32,893 nucleotides of DNA from a virus (Duplodnaviria > Caudoviricetes), in IMG/VR virus record IMGVR_UViG_3300048579_000310, positions 1-32,893 of that record; one strand, written 5' to 3'. Position 1 is the first letter of the stretch. Every line of letters begins with the position of its first letter. Below, piece by piece: positions 25,001 through 32,893 of the stretch. Both the position numbers and the translations under genes were made by a program. The notes under the pieces were generated by a model that made no database searches, was not told the DNA's origin, and saw only the letters and a program-made list of their open reading frames with translations.

Positions 25001-26394
25001 CTACCGACCAGCTCGACTACTCCAACCTCGCCGAGGTTGAGTTCAGCGCCAAGGTCATCGATTCGTTCGTGGACGTGCAGAGACTCAAGCGTCCCGAGAA
25101 CTGGGAAGTGCTCCGTCCGTACGCAGAGAAGCTGCTTCAGGATGAACTCCCCTCTACCCATGACGACTCAGTCATCGCGGGATATCGCAAGAAGCTGAAG
25201 GAGTGCTTCACGTCCGGGCGTGAGCTCGCAGAGAAGCTGACGCGAGAGGCTGCCGATCTCTTCGCCAGCATCAAGATGGAGAACCCCTACAGCACGGAGT
25301 TGAAACAGGCAGACACGCTGTTCCATACCGATCTGGCTTCTGGCGACGACATCGCCCTGATCCTCCACGGTCTCAAGGAGGCATACGGCTACAAGGCATA
25401 CGACGAAGAGCGGTCCACGCCGTCAGAAGTGGATGACCTTGCCAACAGGCTCAAGAACTACCGAGACATCGAGCAGTTCCTGGCATATCAGAGTGAGATC
25501 CGAGCGGCAGTCGCATACTGCAGCCACTCGCTCCCGGACATCCCGGAACTGAAGGCCGCCAGAGCGGCGCAGCAGGTCGTCGCAACAAAGCTGAAGGACA
25601 TCCGCCAATGGATCGATTCGCCCGTCCGACTGAAGACGGAACTCATCGGCCACACTCCTGCCACGGCGGGCGAGTCCGGAACACTCGGCAAGCTGATCAC
25701 CGAGTACTCAACGGCCTACACGGTGCTGCACGACCAGACCATCGAGCAGATCGGTGATGCCTCGACCGCAATCCAGGACTTGGTCGGTAACGACCGGTTT
25801 GTGTTGCTCGAGCGTTGCGAGGGCATCTCGGCATTGAAGCCCGGGGTTTCCGACAGCCTTCGTGGAGCAGCTCAAACCGCGATCGACGGTCTCTTTGGGT
25901 GCGCCGATCCATCGCAGGCATCCATCGAACGTGAACTCCGGCGTCATCCGCATCACGTGTGTGGACTGTCTTTTGAGAACGCATCGGGGCACGTACAGGC
26001 CGCGACCGATGCCCACGCAGCCATACGGCAGCGCGTCAACGAAGCAATCCGCTCGAAGTACTCCATCTTCCTCGCGGCACCAGTGCGGGAACTACTGCAG
26101 CAGGGCAAGAAGGAGGCTGTGATCTCCGAGCTGCTTGGTTGTGACACGGTCGAGGCTGTCGAGGCCGTGCTGGCCAAGCACGTTGTGCCCAAGGGCTCGG
26201 CGGTTGAAGTCATCAACCGCTACCTGAAGACGATTGTCGTCACCAAGGTCCGGGTCAGCGACTTCAAACCCTCGACGACGACGGTCGAGCCAGACGGAGT
26301 CGCAGCAGTTGCCGAGGAGTTCCGTGGGTTCTTGGCCGCGAACTTCGGCAAGTCGAAGGGCAAAGACGTCATTGAGGTGCTTCAGCTCGAGTAG
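22048..26394 (+). CDS. brxC: BREX P-loop ATPase BrxC/PglY-like (DUF6079-like)
   Basis: 1448 aa; Walker A YWIQAEFGSGKSH, Walker B ILLVLDE, FPFH motif, long helical C-terminus; lies upstream of pglZ. Confidence 0.82.
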   Translation: MMAKNDELFMARKSLGEICTTPEKIISVYSLEKHVWSDSNDLKSRRARKPELQTIDEFQIDPVRPFLNDILRNISAPYDAARKENPVGQGYWIQAEFGSGKSHLLCCLSALALGSKDAWELVRKKEEKSGKGKRESLYRFWEDGLEAKNTKGKKGVLVVVKTLVGVGSGTVGVAGDKGRALSEYILDAIKEQLQAETGKNLSLYPVERLADRFVNDDLDRYRNDLKKFLKSPQFFHEDEFEEVDQFIKDIQANKSPEYKRSCGNKLWRFYTEFLKVQPHIPAEPEEILKHAVETVLAEGYAGILLVLDEVSLFMKNRDESQRTDDEKTLVVLANRLAKVMNLPVWLVCSAQQAIESKLGVKNIIADDRLKLVKLLENDADYYQIVLSRVRQITDPSAIAPYFMHYKKGFSWPQSIGQSDFTHFFPFHKPALEVLRSITPLLTEARSAIHFMHQTLKRQIKQEGKELIRLWELFDETVQYEEDPSGTHAGLVAIKTKMDTDYKAYEASRRQIDAMIRGPLKVHRDKAIKVVQTLFLYHIGRTRLQGLTPDEIANSVLIERNPDSNVDENVQHYETIAESLKKELRQIAQNFDEDKKPRYRFDPVFSGLDPRSEFSKAKNEAESNEQMRKEAWDHLLALDEWPVKTRQMTMDLSNGIRSIFRDVAPSVGSWKSEPLMGGGEFDLEVTWLGRQVTGFVSMRDLAKTVADNLRLPPIESDRTDRDFALFVSSRPAEGKHIVSLLARYKDPRAIFWTPDTLRTEETDRLIEFAAYRKLVNDWSGKDTEDAVTIINWVANALRTDLGRIYQIVPDSYRRGRMDAQNNSEMEFQVAGELPAIISPLVEKVLSTAYESREIRFDGPYVFKKEEGIKVINGIVKRGEIPKGEKPNQNVSAAQNFGFGLRIMKKSAERKLDISGNAFVDAIWSFIEEKLPDDGQQMKADTLYKNFMGVGGPKDFGLTRRMIQIYLLCLAREGKLRIGLSPKSGLSTDQLDYSNLAEVEFSAKVIDSFVDVQRLKRPENWEVLRPYAEKLLQDELPSTHDDSVIAGYRKKLKECFTSGRELAEKLTREAADLFASIKMENPYSTELKQADTLFHTDLASGDDIALILHGLKEAYGYKAYDEERSTPSEVDDLANRLKNYRDIEQFLAYQSEIRAAVAYCSHSLPDIPELKAARAAQQVVATKLKDIRQWIDSPVRLKTELIGHTPATAGESGTLGKLITEYSTAYTVLHDQTIEQIGDASTAIQDLVGNDRFVLLERCEGISALKPGVSDSLRGAAQTAIDGLFGCADPSQASIERELRRHPHHVCGLSFENASGHVQAATDAHAAIRQRVNEAIRSKYSIFLAAPVRELLQQGKKEAVISELLGCDTVEAVEAVLAKHVVPKGSAVEVINRYLKTIVVTKVRVSDFKPSTTTVEPDGVAAVAEEFRGFLAANFGKSKGKDVIEVLQLE

Positions 26395-26402
26395 GAACCG
26401 CC

Positions 26403-29321
26403 ATGCTGCAAGACTGGGTCATCTCGAAGCTGGAACCTCGGAAGTCCGCCGCACGGCTGCTCCTGCGGGATCCCTCGCGCCTGCTCGCTGATCGGGAGAA
26501 CGCGATCCATGAGTTTGCCGCAAAGAACAGCTTCACCGTCATCGTCGCCTCCACCAACTTGGTGCTCCGCGATCTTTACGAGACCGCGCGGGCGGATAAG
26601 CAGATCGAGAAGCTGCTGTTGATCGACCGCTGCCCTGTTCGGCGGCGTTCCGGAGTCGGCGAGCAGTCGCCTGCCCCGCTCTATCCAGATCTTGTTGCGG
26701 AGGTCGGTGAACAAGGAATCGTGGACCTCGATCTGCGTGAATACCTGATCGCGGAGACCGGCGACCCTGCCTGGCCGCTTAAGATCAAGGACGCCACGTA
26801 CGCCCGGCTGATTGCCCGGAACCTTCAGGGTGTCATACGCGCTCACAAGAATCTCCGGGCTGCGGATCCCACGCGGTTTACTGATCACGACCTTGCCCAG
26901 ATCGTCGCCTACGCCGCGATGGGCGTGCCCGACGCGGCCTTTAAGCGCAACGACCCGGAAAGCCTGTGGCGCATCGGCCTGATCGCTAGCACCAGGTTTG
27001 GCGAGCTGGAGGCGGTCGCTCCGGACATCGTGGAGACGGTGCGGACCGAGCTCACCAGCGCACCCGCTCCATATTGCTGGCTAGCCCGCCATGATCCGGA
27101 GACCGTTCTCCGCGCCTTCTACATGGCAGTAATCCTCGAGCAGCACACGCCGGAGTGGAAGTTGCTCCTGCCGAACATTGATCCCACGCTCCAGCCATAC
27201 AAAGACATGGACCCCAAAGTCCTCCGCTCCGCTCCTGCCGAGCTTGTGGGCCTGAGCGAGGAGCGGGCCCACTCAGACCTTGCTCGGGCCGAAGAGGCAC
27301 TGAGCCGGGATGGGCTGCAGCTCGTCTTCATCGATCGGCTTGGAGGCGACAAGCCGGACGGCTTTACGGGCATTCTGGAGCGTGAGCGGTACTCAACGGT
27401 CCTGCGGGAACTGGCGCTCTTCCTCGCTTTGCGAGATCAACTGTCATCATTCCCGGCATCCGAGCATCACGGGCGCATTCGAAAGCTGGTGCTGGATGCG
27501 ACGCCCACCCAGGCCTCCGATTCGCCCTTCGTCGAGCGTCGTCCTTCAGCATCCTGGGCCGGCCTCAAGGAGGCCTACGACCTTGCAGGTCAGTTCGCCG
27601 TGCTCCGCAAGGAGCTTGCGAGCTTCGTGAAGGCGCTGGGGGTCCGGAAAACCGAGCACCTGGACTACAAGTACTTCTGGGAGAACTGGAACACAAAGCG
27701 ACTCAACCGCGTTGAGTACTTCGTTTCCGCGATCGACCGAGCGGTGTCTACGAGCGCGCTCCTGCCCCGCCCCGAGGACACGCTGCCCGCAGTCTTTGCC
27801 AACGCCCTTCAGGATCTACGGCAGCGCGTCCTAGCGCTAACCGCAGAGCTCAACAAGCAGCTTGACGAAGTGAACCGCCGCTTCCAGGAGATGGTCGCTT
27901 CACAGTACAAGTCGTGGATCCACGGCGAGACGAACGTCCACCTCACCAGCCAGTTCATCCCGCGGGTTCTCAAACCGAACTGGGACCCTCAGACGGAAGA
28001 TGCCGTCGTGCTCGTCTTCGACGGCATGCGGTACGACATCTTCGATGAACTCCTGCGGCCGGCGATCGCCGACCGGCTCGAAGTAGTCAAGGAGTACCAC
28101 GGCTCCTCAGTCCTCCCGAGTGAAACGGAAGTGTCTCGCTGGGCGATCGCCGCGGGCCAACCGCCCGCCGCATGGTGGGATGACGCTCGCAAGCCGGAGA
28201 ACTTCCACCTCAAGACCGCCCTCGCCCGCGAGTTCGCGTACACCGGTGACGCTGAGTCGTACGCCCCGCCGGGGAGCGGCACAGGTGAAACCGTGAGGTA
28301 CAAGGCGGGTCGGCTGAACTACATCATCTTCGAGTTCTGCGACAAGGAGCTCCACAAGATCACCAGCAAGACGCTGGCTGACGGTCGTCAGGTGCCGTCG
28401 CGGCCGTTGGCGCTCATCTACAAGCAGTTGCTCAAAGACCTCATCGACAACGAAGTCATGGCCGTCATCCGCCAGCTTCCGGCCGGCATGAAGGTGTTCA
28501 TCACGGCCGACCACGGGTTCGGTCGAGTACACCGCGATCGGCTTTCGATCGAGCAGGCATGGCTCAACCAACCAGAGGATTGTCTGCATCTCAACGCTTG
28601 GCTCCGCAAGACGCTAAAGGACTGCGGCGCACCGGACAAGGTCCGGCAGAACGTAATTGAGTTCCCCGTCGACGACCTTCGCATGCCCAAGACCGAAGCC
28701 GCGTATGACAAACAGACGCGGAACACGTACAACAAGACCTACGCGTCCATCGTCTTCCCGAAGGTCGGCTACGCCCTCGCCAGGCCAGGCCGGAACTTCA
28801 ACCCGGACGCCTTCACGCACGGCGGCATCTCGATCCAGGAGTTGATGATCCCGATGGTGGTCATGCGGGTAAAGCGGCCCGATGAGGGGCCGCTCAGCAT
28901 CGAGCAGATCGTCGGCCCCGCCGAGTTCCTCGAAGCCGAAGAGGTCACATTCCGACTGAGTCTTGCCCGTGGTTCGGCCGCAGCCTTGTTTGACGATGTG
29001 CGGGTCGACATCGACCCCACGGTGTCGACGACCAGCGGCGACCCGCAGGACCTGCAGCGGCAGGTTCACTATGTCTCCGGGTCGGGCGTCGACATCGCCA
29101 TGCCGTACCGCTTTGGTCAGCAGGACGCTACGGACGAAGAACGGAAGGCCGGGCAGGCGAAGCGGACGCTCACGGTGGCCGTCTCGTACCGAGACGGTGC
29201 TCGGCAGATCAGGCGAAGCCGAGTTCTGTCATTTGTCGTCAAGTTAAACGCTGAGCAGGTTGTCCGGCGTGTTGGAAACCTGGGGTCTATCTTGGGGCTG
29301 ATGCCGAAGGGAATGAGGTAA
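26403..29321 (+). CDS. pglZ: PglZ alkaline-phosphatase-superfamily protein
   Basis: VVLVFDGMRYD, SVLPSETEVS, VFITADHGF and FTHGGISIQELMIP are canonical PglZ motifs. Confidence 0.93.
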   Translation: MLQDWVISKLEPRKSAARLLLRDPSRLLADRENAIHEFAAKNSFTVIVASTNLVLRDLYETARADKQIEKLLLIDRCPVRRRSGVGEQSPAPLYPDLVAEVGEQGIVDLDLREYLIAETGDPAWPLKIKDATYARLIARNLQGVIRAHKNLRAADPTRFTDHDLAQIVAYAAMGVPDAAFKRNDPESLWRIGLIASTRFGELEAVAPDIVETVRTELTSAPAPYCWLARHDPETVLRAFYMAVILEQHTPEWKLLLPNIDPTLQPYKDMDPKVLRSAPAELVGLSEERAHSDLARAEEALSRDGLQLVFIDRLGGDKPDGFTGILERERYSTVLRELALFLALRDQLSSFPASEHHGRIRKLVLDATPTQASDSPFVERRPSASWAGLKEAYDLAGQFAVLRKELASFVKALGVRKTEHLDYKYFWENWNTKRLNRVEYFVSAIDRAVSTSALLPRPEDTLPAVFANALQDLRQRVLALTAELNKQLDEVNRRFQEMVASQYKSWIHGETNVHLTSQFIPRVLKPNWDPQTEDAVVLVFDGMRYDIFDELLRPAIADRLEVVKEYHGSSVLPSETEVSRWAIAAGQPPAAWWDDARKPENFHLKTALAREFAYTGDAESYAPPGSGTGETVRYKAGRLNYIIFEFCDKELHKITSKTLADGRQVPSRPLALIYKQLLKDLIDNEVMAVIRQLPAGMKVFITADHGFGRVHRDRLSIEQAWLNQPEDCLHLNAWLRKTLKDCGAPDKVRQNVIEFPVDDLRMPKTEAAYDKQTRNTYNKTYASIVFPKVGYALARPGRNFNPDAFTHGGISIQELMIPMVVMRVKRPDEGPLSIEQIVGPAEFLEAEEVTFRLSLARGSAAALFDDVRVDIDPTVSTTSGDPQDLQRQVHYVSGSGVDIAMPYRFGQQDATDEERKAGQAKRTLTVAVSYRDGARQIRRSRVLSFVVKLNAEQVVRRVGNLGSILGLMPKGMR

Positions 29322-29331
29322 GCAGATCGCC

Positions 29332-31827
29332 ATGAGCACTTCTCAGTTCAATTCGTCTGCTCTATTCGGCTCCGCTGAATCAACGGTGCCGCCAGATGCT
29401 TACTTCGCAGATGCGCCCAACCCCTGCATCAGGGCATTCGTGGATCAGCATCAAGCGAGGACGAAGGGCGGCGCAGTCAGCTACAACGTTCCCGCATTCG
29501 CGGAGACCATTACTACGGACAAGGACAATGCCGTTTACGGCATTCATGGCTACTGGTCGAAGAAGCCGTACGACGCCATTCGTCAGTACATCAGACACTA
29601 CACCCAGCCAGGCGATCTGGTGCTCGATCCCTTCAGCGGCTCAGGTACCACTGCTATCGCCGCTGCGGCAGAGGGACGGGACTGCATTGCCGTCGACCTG
29701 AGCGGTGCAGCGACATTCATCGCACGCCATGTTTCCTATCCGACGCCCGGCAACCGAGTACTTGAGCTTGTCGAGCAACTCGCCAGTCGGGTGCGTAGCG
29801 AAATGGCGGCCCTGTACACAACGGTCTGTGATCGATGCAACGGGCCTGCTGAGATCGCCTTCACCGTGTGGTCCAACACGTACCAGTGCTTGAAGTGTAT
29901 GGAAGTGTTTCCAATCTACGACGCTTCGGAGGCACGTCTGTGTCCTCACTGTGGGGATCCACTTGCCGCGAGGTCGCCATACGTTGGGACCGTGCCGGTG
30001 GAGACCGGCTACGACTGCCTTGGTTCGTGTAAACCTCGTCGATCCCGACGGTCGCATCGTGACCACGACTCAAACGCGCAACGTGCGTTTGCTGAGAAAG
30101 ACGTCGCTCTGATTCAGCGTATTGCGAGCGAACCAATTCGCGATTGGTTTCCAACAGATCCATTCTGCAAGGAGTGGGTGTCCTATCGCCCGAATCTTGG
30201 CGAAGCGAAGACCATCGCTGGGTTCTTCACGAAACGAAACCTGCGAGCGTGCGCAAGAATCATGGCGGGAATTGGCGAACTTGAGACAGCTGGCGCAGCC
30301 GATGCGGACGTGCTGCGGTTCTGTTTTACGGCCGCCTTGCTGAACTTTTCACGGAAAGCACAGCATCTCGAGGAAGGCGGCGGGTACATCCCCGGCAACT
30401 ACAACTTTCCCCCGCTGACGAAGGAACGCCACGTCTGGCGCTCATTTGAATCGGTAGCGACGAAGGTGGCGAAGGGGATGGACGCGATCGCCAACATCAG
30501 AAGTGATCGATCGCGAGTACTTCTGTCAACCGGCTCCGCTTTCGAGATGACCGATGTACCGACCAGCAGCATCGACTTCATTTTTACCGATCCGCCCTAC
30601 TCGAACAAAGTACCGTTCGGTGAGTTCAATTTCTTGTACGAGTCGTGGCTGAAGTTCCGCTTGTCGTGGAAGTCGCCAGAGGAGTTGATCGAGAACAACA
30701 AGCTCGGAAAGCCGCCGGCTGAGTGGGAGCGGCTCATGACCCGGGCCGCCAGAGAGATGTTCCGGGTACTGAAGCCAGGCCGTTGGGTCTCTCTGTGCTA
30801 TCACGACTCCGCCGAGGGGTCGTGGGAAATGCTCCAAGACTCAATGGCAGCCGCCGGATTCGTTCCCGACCAGTTGGCGAAGGTCATCTCGATCGAAGTC
30901 CGGAACAAGTCATTCAAGCAACGGACGACTGCTAAGGTGCAGAAGCGGGACCTCGTTGTAAATTTTCGCAAACCTGCCGTTCATGAATTTGGCGACGCAC
31001 AAGTTGTGATTCCAGAGAGTGCCGATGCAAGGACATTTCGCGACCTTGCCCGCGAGGTGATCCGTGAGTATTTGCAGGCCAACCCTGCGAGCACCAGAGA
31101 CCGTGTGTTTGACGAGCTCGTCAGCCGCATGGTGCGTGCCGGTCAGATGCAGGCTCACAACTTCGATGAGCTGCTCCGCGAGGTTGCCGACGAGACCAAG
31201 GACGCAGGCGGCGCGGGCCGCTGGTACCTCAAGGAGTCCGAGGAAGGCCAGATCGACGCGGCCGAAGCGGCCAAGGAAGACTCGGCCTCCAAGGCGATGG
31301 AGAAGTTCATCGCCAAGACGCTGGACAAGAACTACGCCGAGGGCGTGCACTACAGCGACCTGTTCGAGCACTACCTGTACGCGGTGAAGGACAAGCCGCG
31401 GCGGTCGCTGGCAGACTGGCTGCCGGACTACTTCTTCAAGACCGAGGATGGGACCTGGCGTCTGCCCGTGGACGACGAGGAACGGGAGCTCAAGGCGACG
31501 GCGCGTGCGTCGGGCGAGAACCGGCGGATCAAGCGGTATGCCGCGATGCTGCAGGCGGGCGTGGCGGTGCCCAAGGAGCGGGTGCCGAGCGCGGCGACGC
31601 TGGCGGAGTGGATCCGGCACGCCAAGCGGTCGGGCCTATACGAGGCGGGCAAGCTGCTCTACGAGCGTGGCGGCCTGGACGCCTCGAAGCTGAGCGAAGA
31701 GCAGCAGGTTGAGGTGGAAGAAGACTACCAAGTCTGCGTGCGGGCGCTCCAGCGGGCCGCCGGCGGCGAGGCCACTGCCGCACCCAAGAAGCGCGGGCGC
31801 AAGAAGAAAACGGAGACCGGTGAATGA
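29332..31827 (+). CDS. DNA amino-methyltransferase 2 (paralogue of 18706..21240)
   Basis: 831 aa; [44 protein letters not shown]; C-terminus nearly identical to methyltransferase 1. Confidence 0.92.
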   Translation: MSTSQFNSSALFGSAESTVPPDAYFADAPNPCIRAFVDQHQARTKGGAVSYNVPAFAETITTDKDNAVYGIHGYWSKKPYDAIRQYIRHYTQPGDLVLDPFSGSGTTAIAAAAEGRDCIAVDLSGAATFIARHVSYPTPGNRVLELVEQLASRVRSEMAALYTTVCDRCNGPAEIAFTVWSNTYQCLKCMEVFPIYDASEARLCPHCGDPLAARSPYVGTVPVETGYDCLGSCKPRRSRRSHRDHDSNAQRAFAEKDVALIQRIASEPIRDWFPTDPFCKEWVSYRPNLGEAKTIAGFFTKRNLRACARIMAGIGELETAGAADADVLRFCFTAALLNFSRKAQHLEEGGGYIPGNYNFPPLTKERHVWRSFESVATKVAKGMDAIANIRSDRSRVLLSTGSAFEMTDVPTSSIDFIFTDPPYSNKVPFGEFNFLYESWLKFRLSWKSPEELIENNKLGKPPAEWERLMTRAAREMFRVLKPGRWVSLCYHDSAEGSWEMLQDSMAAAGFVPDQLAKVISIEVRNKSFKQRTTAKVQKRDLVVNFRKPAVHEFGDAQVVIPESADARTFRDLAREVIREYLQANPASTRDRVFDELVSRMVRAGQMQAHNFDELLREVADETKDAGGAGRWYLKESEEGQIDAAEAAKEDSASKAMEKFIAKTLDKNYAEGVHYSDLFEHYLYAVKDKPRRSLADWLPDYFFKTEDGTWRLPVDDEERELKATARASGENRRIKRYAAMLQAGVAVPKERVPSAATLAEWIRHAKRSGLYEAGKLLYERGGLDASKLSEEQQVEVEEDYQVCVRALQRAAGGEATAAPKKRGRKKKTETGE
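31075..31768 (+). repeat. Direct repeat copy 2 (~0.7 kb, 3' end of methyltransferase 2)
   Basis: Matches 20497-21190. Shadow ORFs in the track are duplicated at the same 10578 offset (20850 vs 31428, 20870 vs 31448). Confidence 0.92.
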
Positions 31828-32893
31828 ACACGAAGCTCAAAGAGATCTTCAAAGGCAAGGTCGTCAACAAAGCGCTCACGCTCAACACCGGTGTTGACGA
31901 GTTTCCGCGGTACGTGCTGGAGTATTTGATCGACAACTACTGCGCCGAAGAGACCTTCAAGGAGGACATGCAGAAGGTGGTTCGCCGCCTGAAGGAGACC
32001 TTCGTCTACGGTGCCGAGATGGAGCGAGTCAGGCACTTCATTCGCGAGAACCGCACGCACTCGCTGATCGCCAATCTGGAGGCCCGCCTCGTTGAGACGG
32101 AGGACAAGTACTGGGGCACGATCTCGGCGATCAACGAGAACTTCGTCAACATTCCCCAGAGCATCATCAGCCAATATCCAATGCTGCTGGCTGGCGGCAT
32201 GTGGGGAACGATCGAGCTCACGTACGACGAGACCGAGGTTCACAACAAAAAGATCCGGCCCTTCAAGGTGACCGCTTTCACGCCCTTCCAGGTGAGCGTG
32301 ATCAACGTTGATGATTTCATCGAGAAGCGAAGCCAGTTCTCGACCGAAGAGTGGCTGGACATTCTGGTGAACTCCTGCGGCCTCGACCCGGCCCGCATGA
32401 CGCGCCGCGAGAAGCTGTTGTATGTCAGCCGCTGCATCCCGCTGGTGGAGACCAACGTCAACACCGTCGAGCTCGCTCCTCGTGAGACTGGCAAGACGTA
32501 TCTCTACCGGAATATCTCGTACTACGCGCGGGTTCTGTCGGGCGGCAAGGCGTCGCCGGCCCAGCTGTTCATCAACCTCAACACGGGCAAGATTGGCGAG
32601 GTGGGGCTCCGTGATGCCGTGGTCTTCGACGAGATCGCCAACACCGACTTCACGGACCCGAAGTCCTTCGTGAGCATCATGCAGGGGTACATGCAGGATG
32701 CCAAGTTCAGTCGCGGCGGCAAGAAGGAAGTCCTCGCCTTCGGCAGCCTCGTTTTCGTTGGCAACCTCGACGTGCAGGGGAAACTGCCCCACGAGAAGTA
32801 CTTCCACCTGTTCGAGCCCCTCCCCGACTTCCTGCAGGTCATCGCGTTCCTCGATCGCATCCACTCGTACCTCCCGGGCTGGGAGATCCCCAA
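31824..32893 (+). CDS. brxL: BREX Lon-like AAA+ protein BrxL (partial, runs off the window)
   Basis: Not in the ORF track because there is no stop in the window. Translated by hand from ATG 31824 (ATGA overlap): [16 protein letters not shown]...PRYVLEYLI...LLAGGMWG...[12 protein letters not shown]...[10 protein letters not shown]...DAVVFDEIA...[16 protein letters not shown]. Confidence 0.92.
   Translation, partial: MNTKLKEIFKGKVVNKALTLNTGVDEFPRYVLEYLIDNYCAEETFKEDMQKVVRRLKETFVYGAEMERVRHFIRENRTHSLIANLEARLVETEDKYWGTISAINENFVNIPQSIISQYPMLLAGGMWGTIELTYDETEVHNKKIRPFKVTAFTPFQVSVINVDDFIEKRSQFSTEEWLDILVNSCGLDPARMTRREKLLYVSRCIPLVETNVNTVELAPRETGKTYLYRNISYYARVLSGGKASPAQLFINLNTGKIGEVGLRDAVVFDEIANTDFTDPKSFVSIMQGYMQDAKFSRGGKKEVLAFGSLVFVGNLDVQGKLPHEKYFHLFEPLPDFLQVIAFLDRIHSYLPGWEIP

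Larger units (their letters stand above)
16968..32893 (+). other. BREX-type anti-phage defence locus (non-canonical; continues beyond the window)
   Basis: Operon containing BrxC-like ATPase, PglZ, BrxL and DNA methyltransferases, mostly joined by ATGA/TAATG overlaps or gaps of 10 bp or less. Confidence 0.88.

Noticed and set aside
20497-31768. Direct repeats as IS ends, att sites or a DGR template/variable pair
   Set aside because: Both copies are in-frame coding ends of paralogous genes, mismatches are mostly synonymous rather than adenine-specific, and no transposase, integrase or reverse transcriptase is present.
31725-32864. 379-aa minus-strand ORF, the longest track call at the window end
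   Set aside because: It is the antisense shadow of brxL, which the track missed because brxL has no stop codon within the window.

Overview
High-GC window, with every credible gene on the + strand, in two halves. (1) ~1-15.7 kb is the morphogenesis operon of a siphovirus-like prophage or phage: lambda-type portal, protease/scaffold-major capsid fusion, DUF2190-like cement protein, head-tail proteins, tail tube, tail assembly chaperones, tape measure and two putative tail-tip proteins. It continues, translationally coupled, into an unusual cassette: SAM methyltransferase, Maf/DUF115-like transferase, a Ser/Gly/Thr-rich silk-like protein with an internal self-processing Hint (intein-like) domain, and two GT32 glycosyltransferases. 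(2) ~15.8-32.9 kb is a defence island: DUF3800, then a non-canonical BREX locus (RadC-N/BrxA-like fusion, BrxB/F-like, methyltransferase 1, tandem DUF7662-like protein, BrxC ATPase, PglZ, methyltransferase 2, BrxL truncated by the window end). Two observations stand out. First, a ~58-aa C-terminal module is shared by both BREX methyltransferases and by the non-enzymatic DUF7662-like protein, suggesting interchangeable plug-in subunits. Second, the Hint/silk-like protein and its flanking glycosyltransferases suggest a virion-decoration system. All family assignments come from motif recognition by eye; no database search was run.
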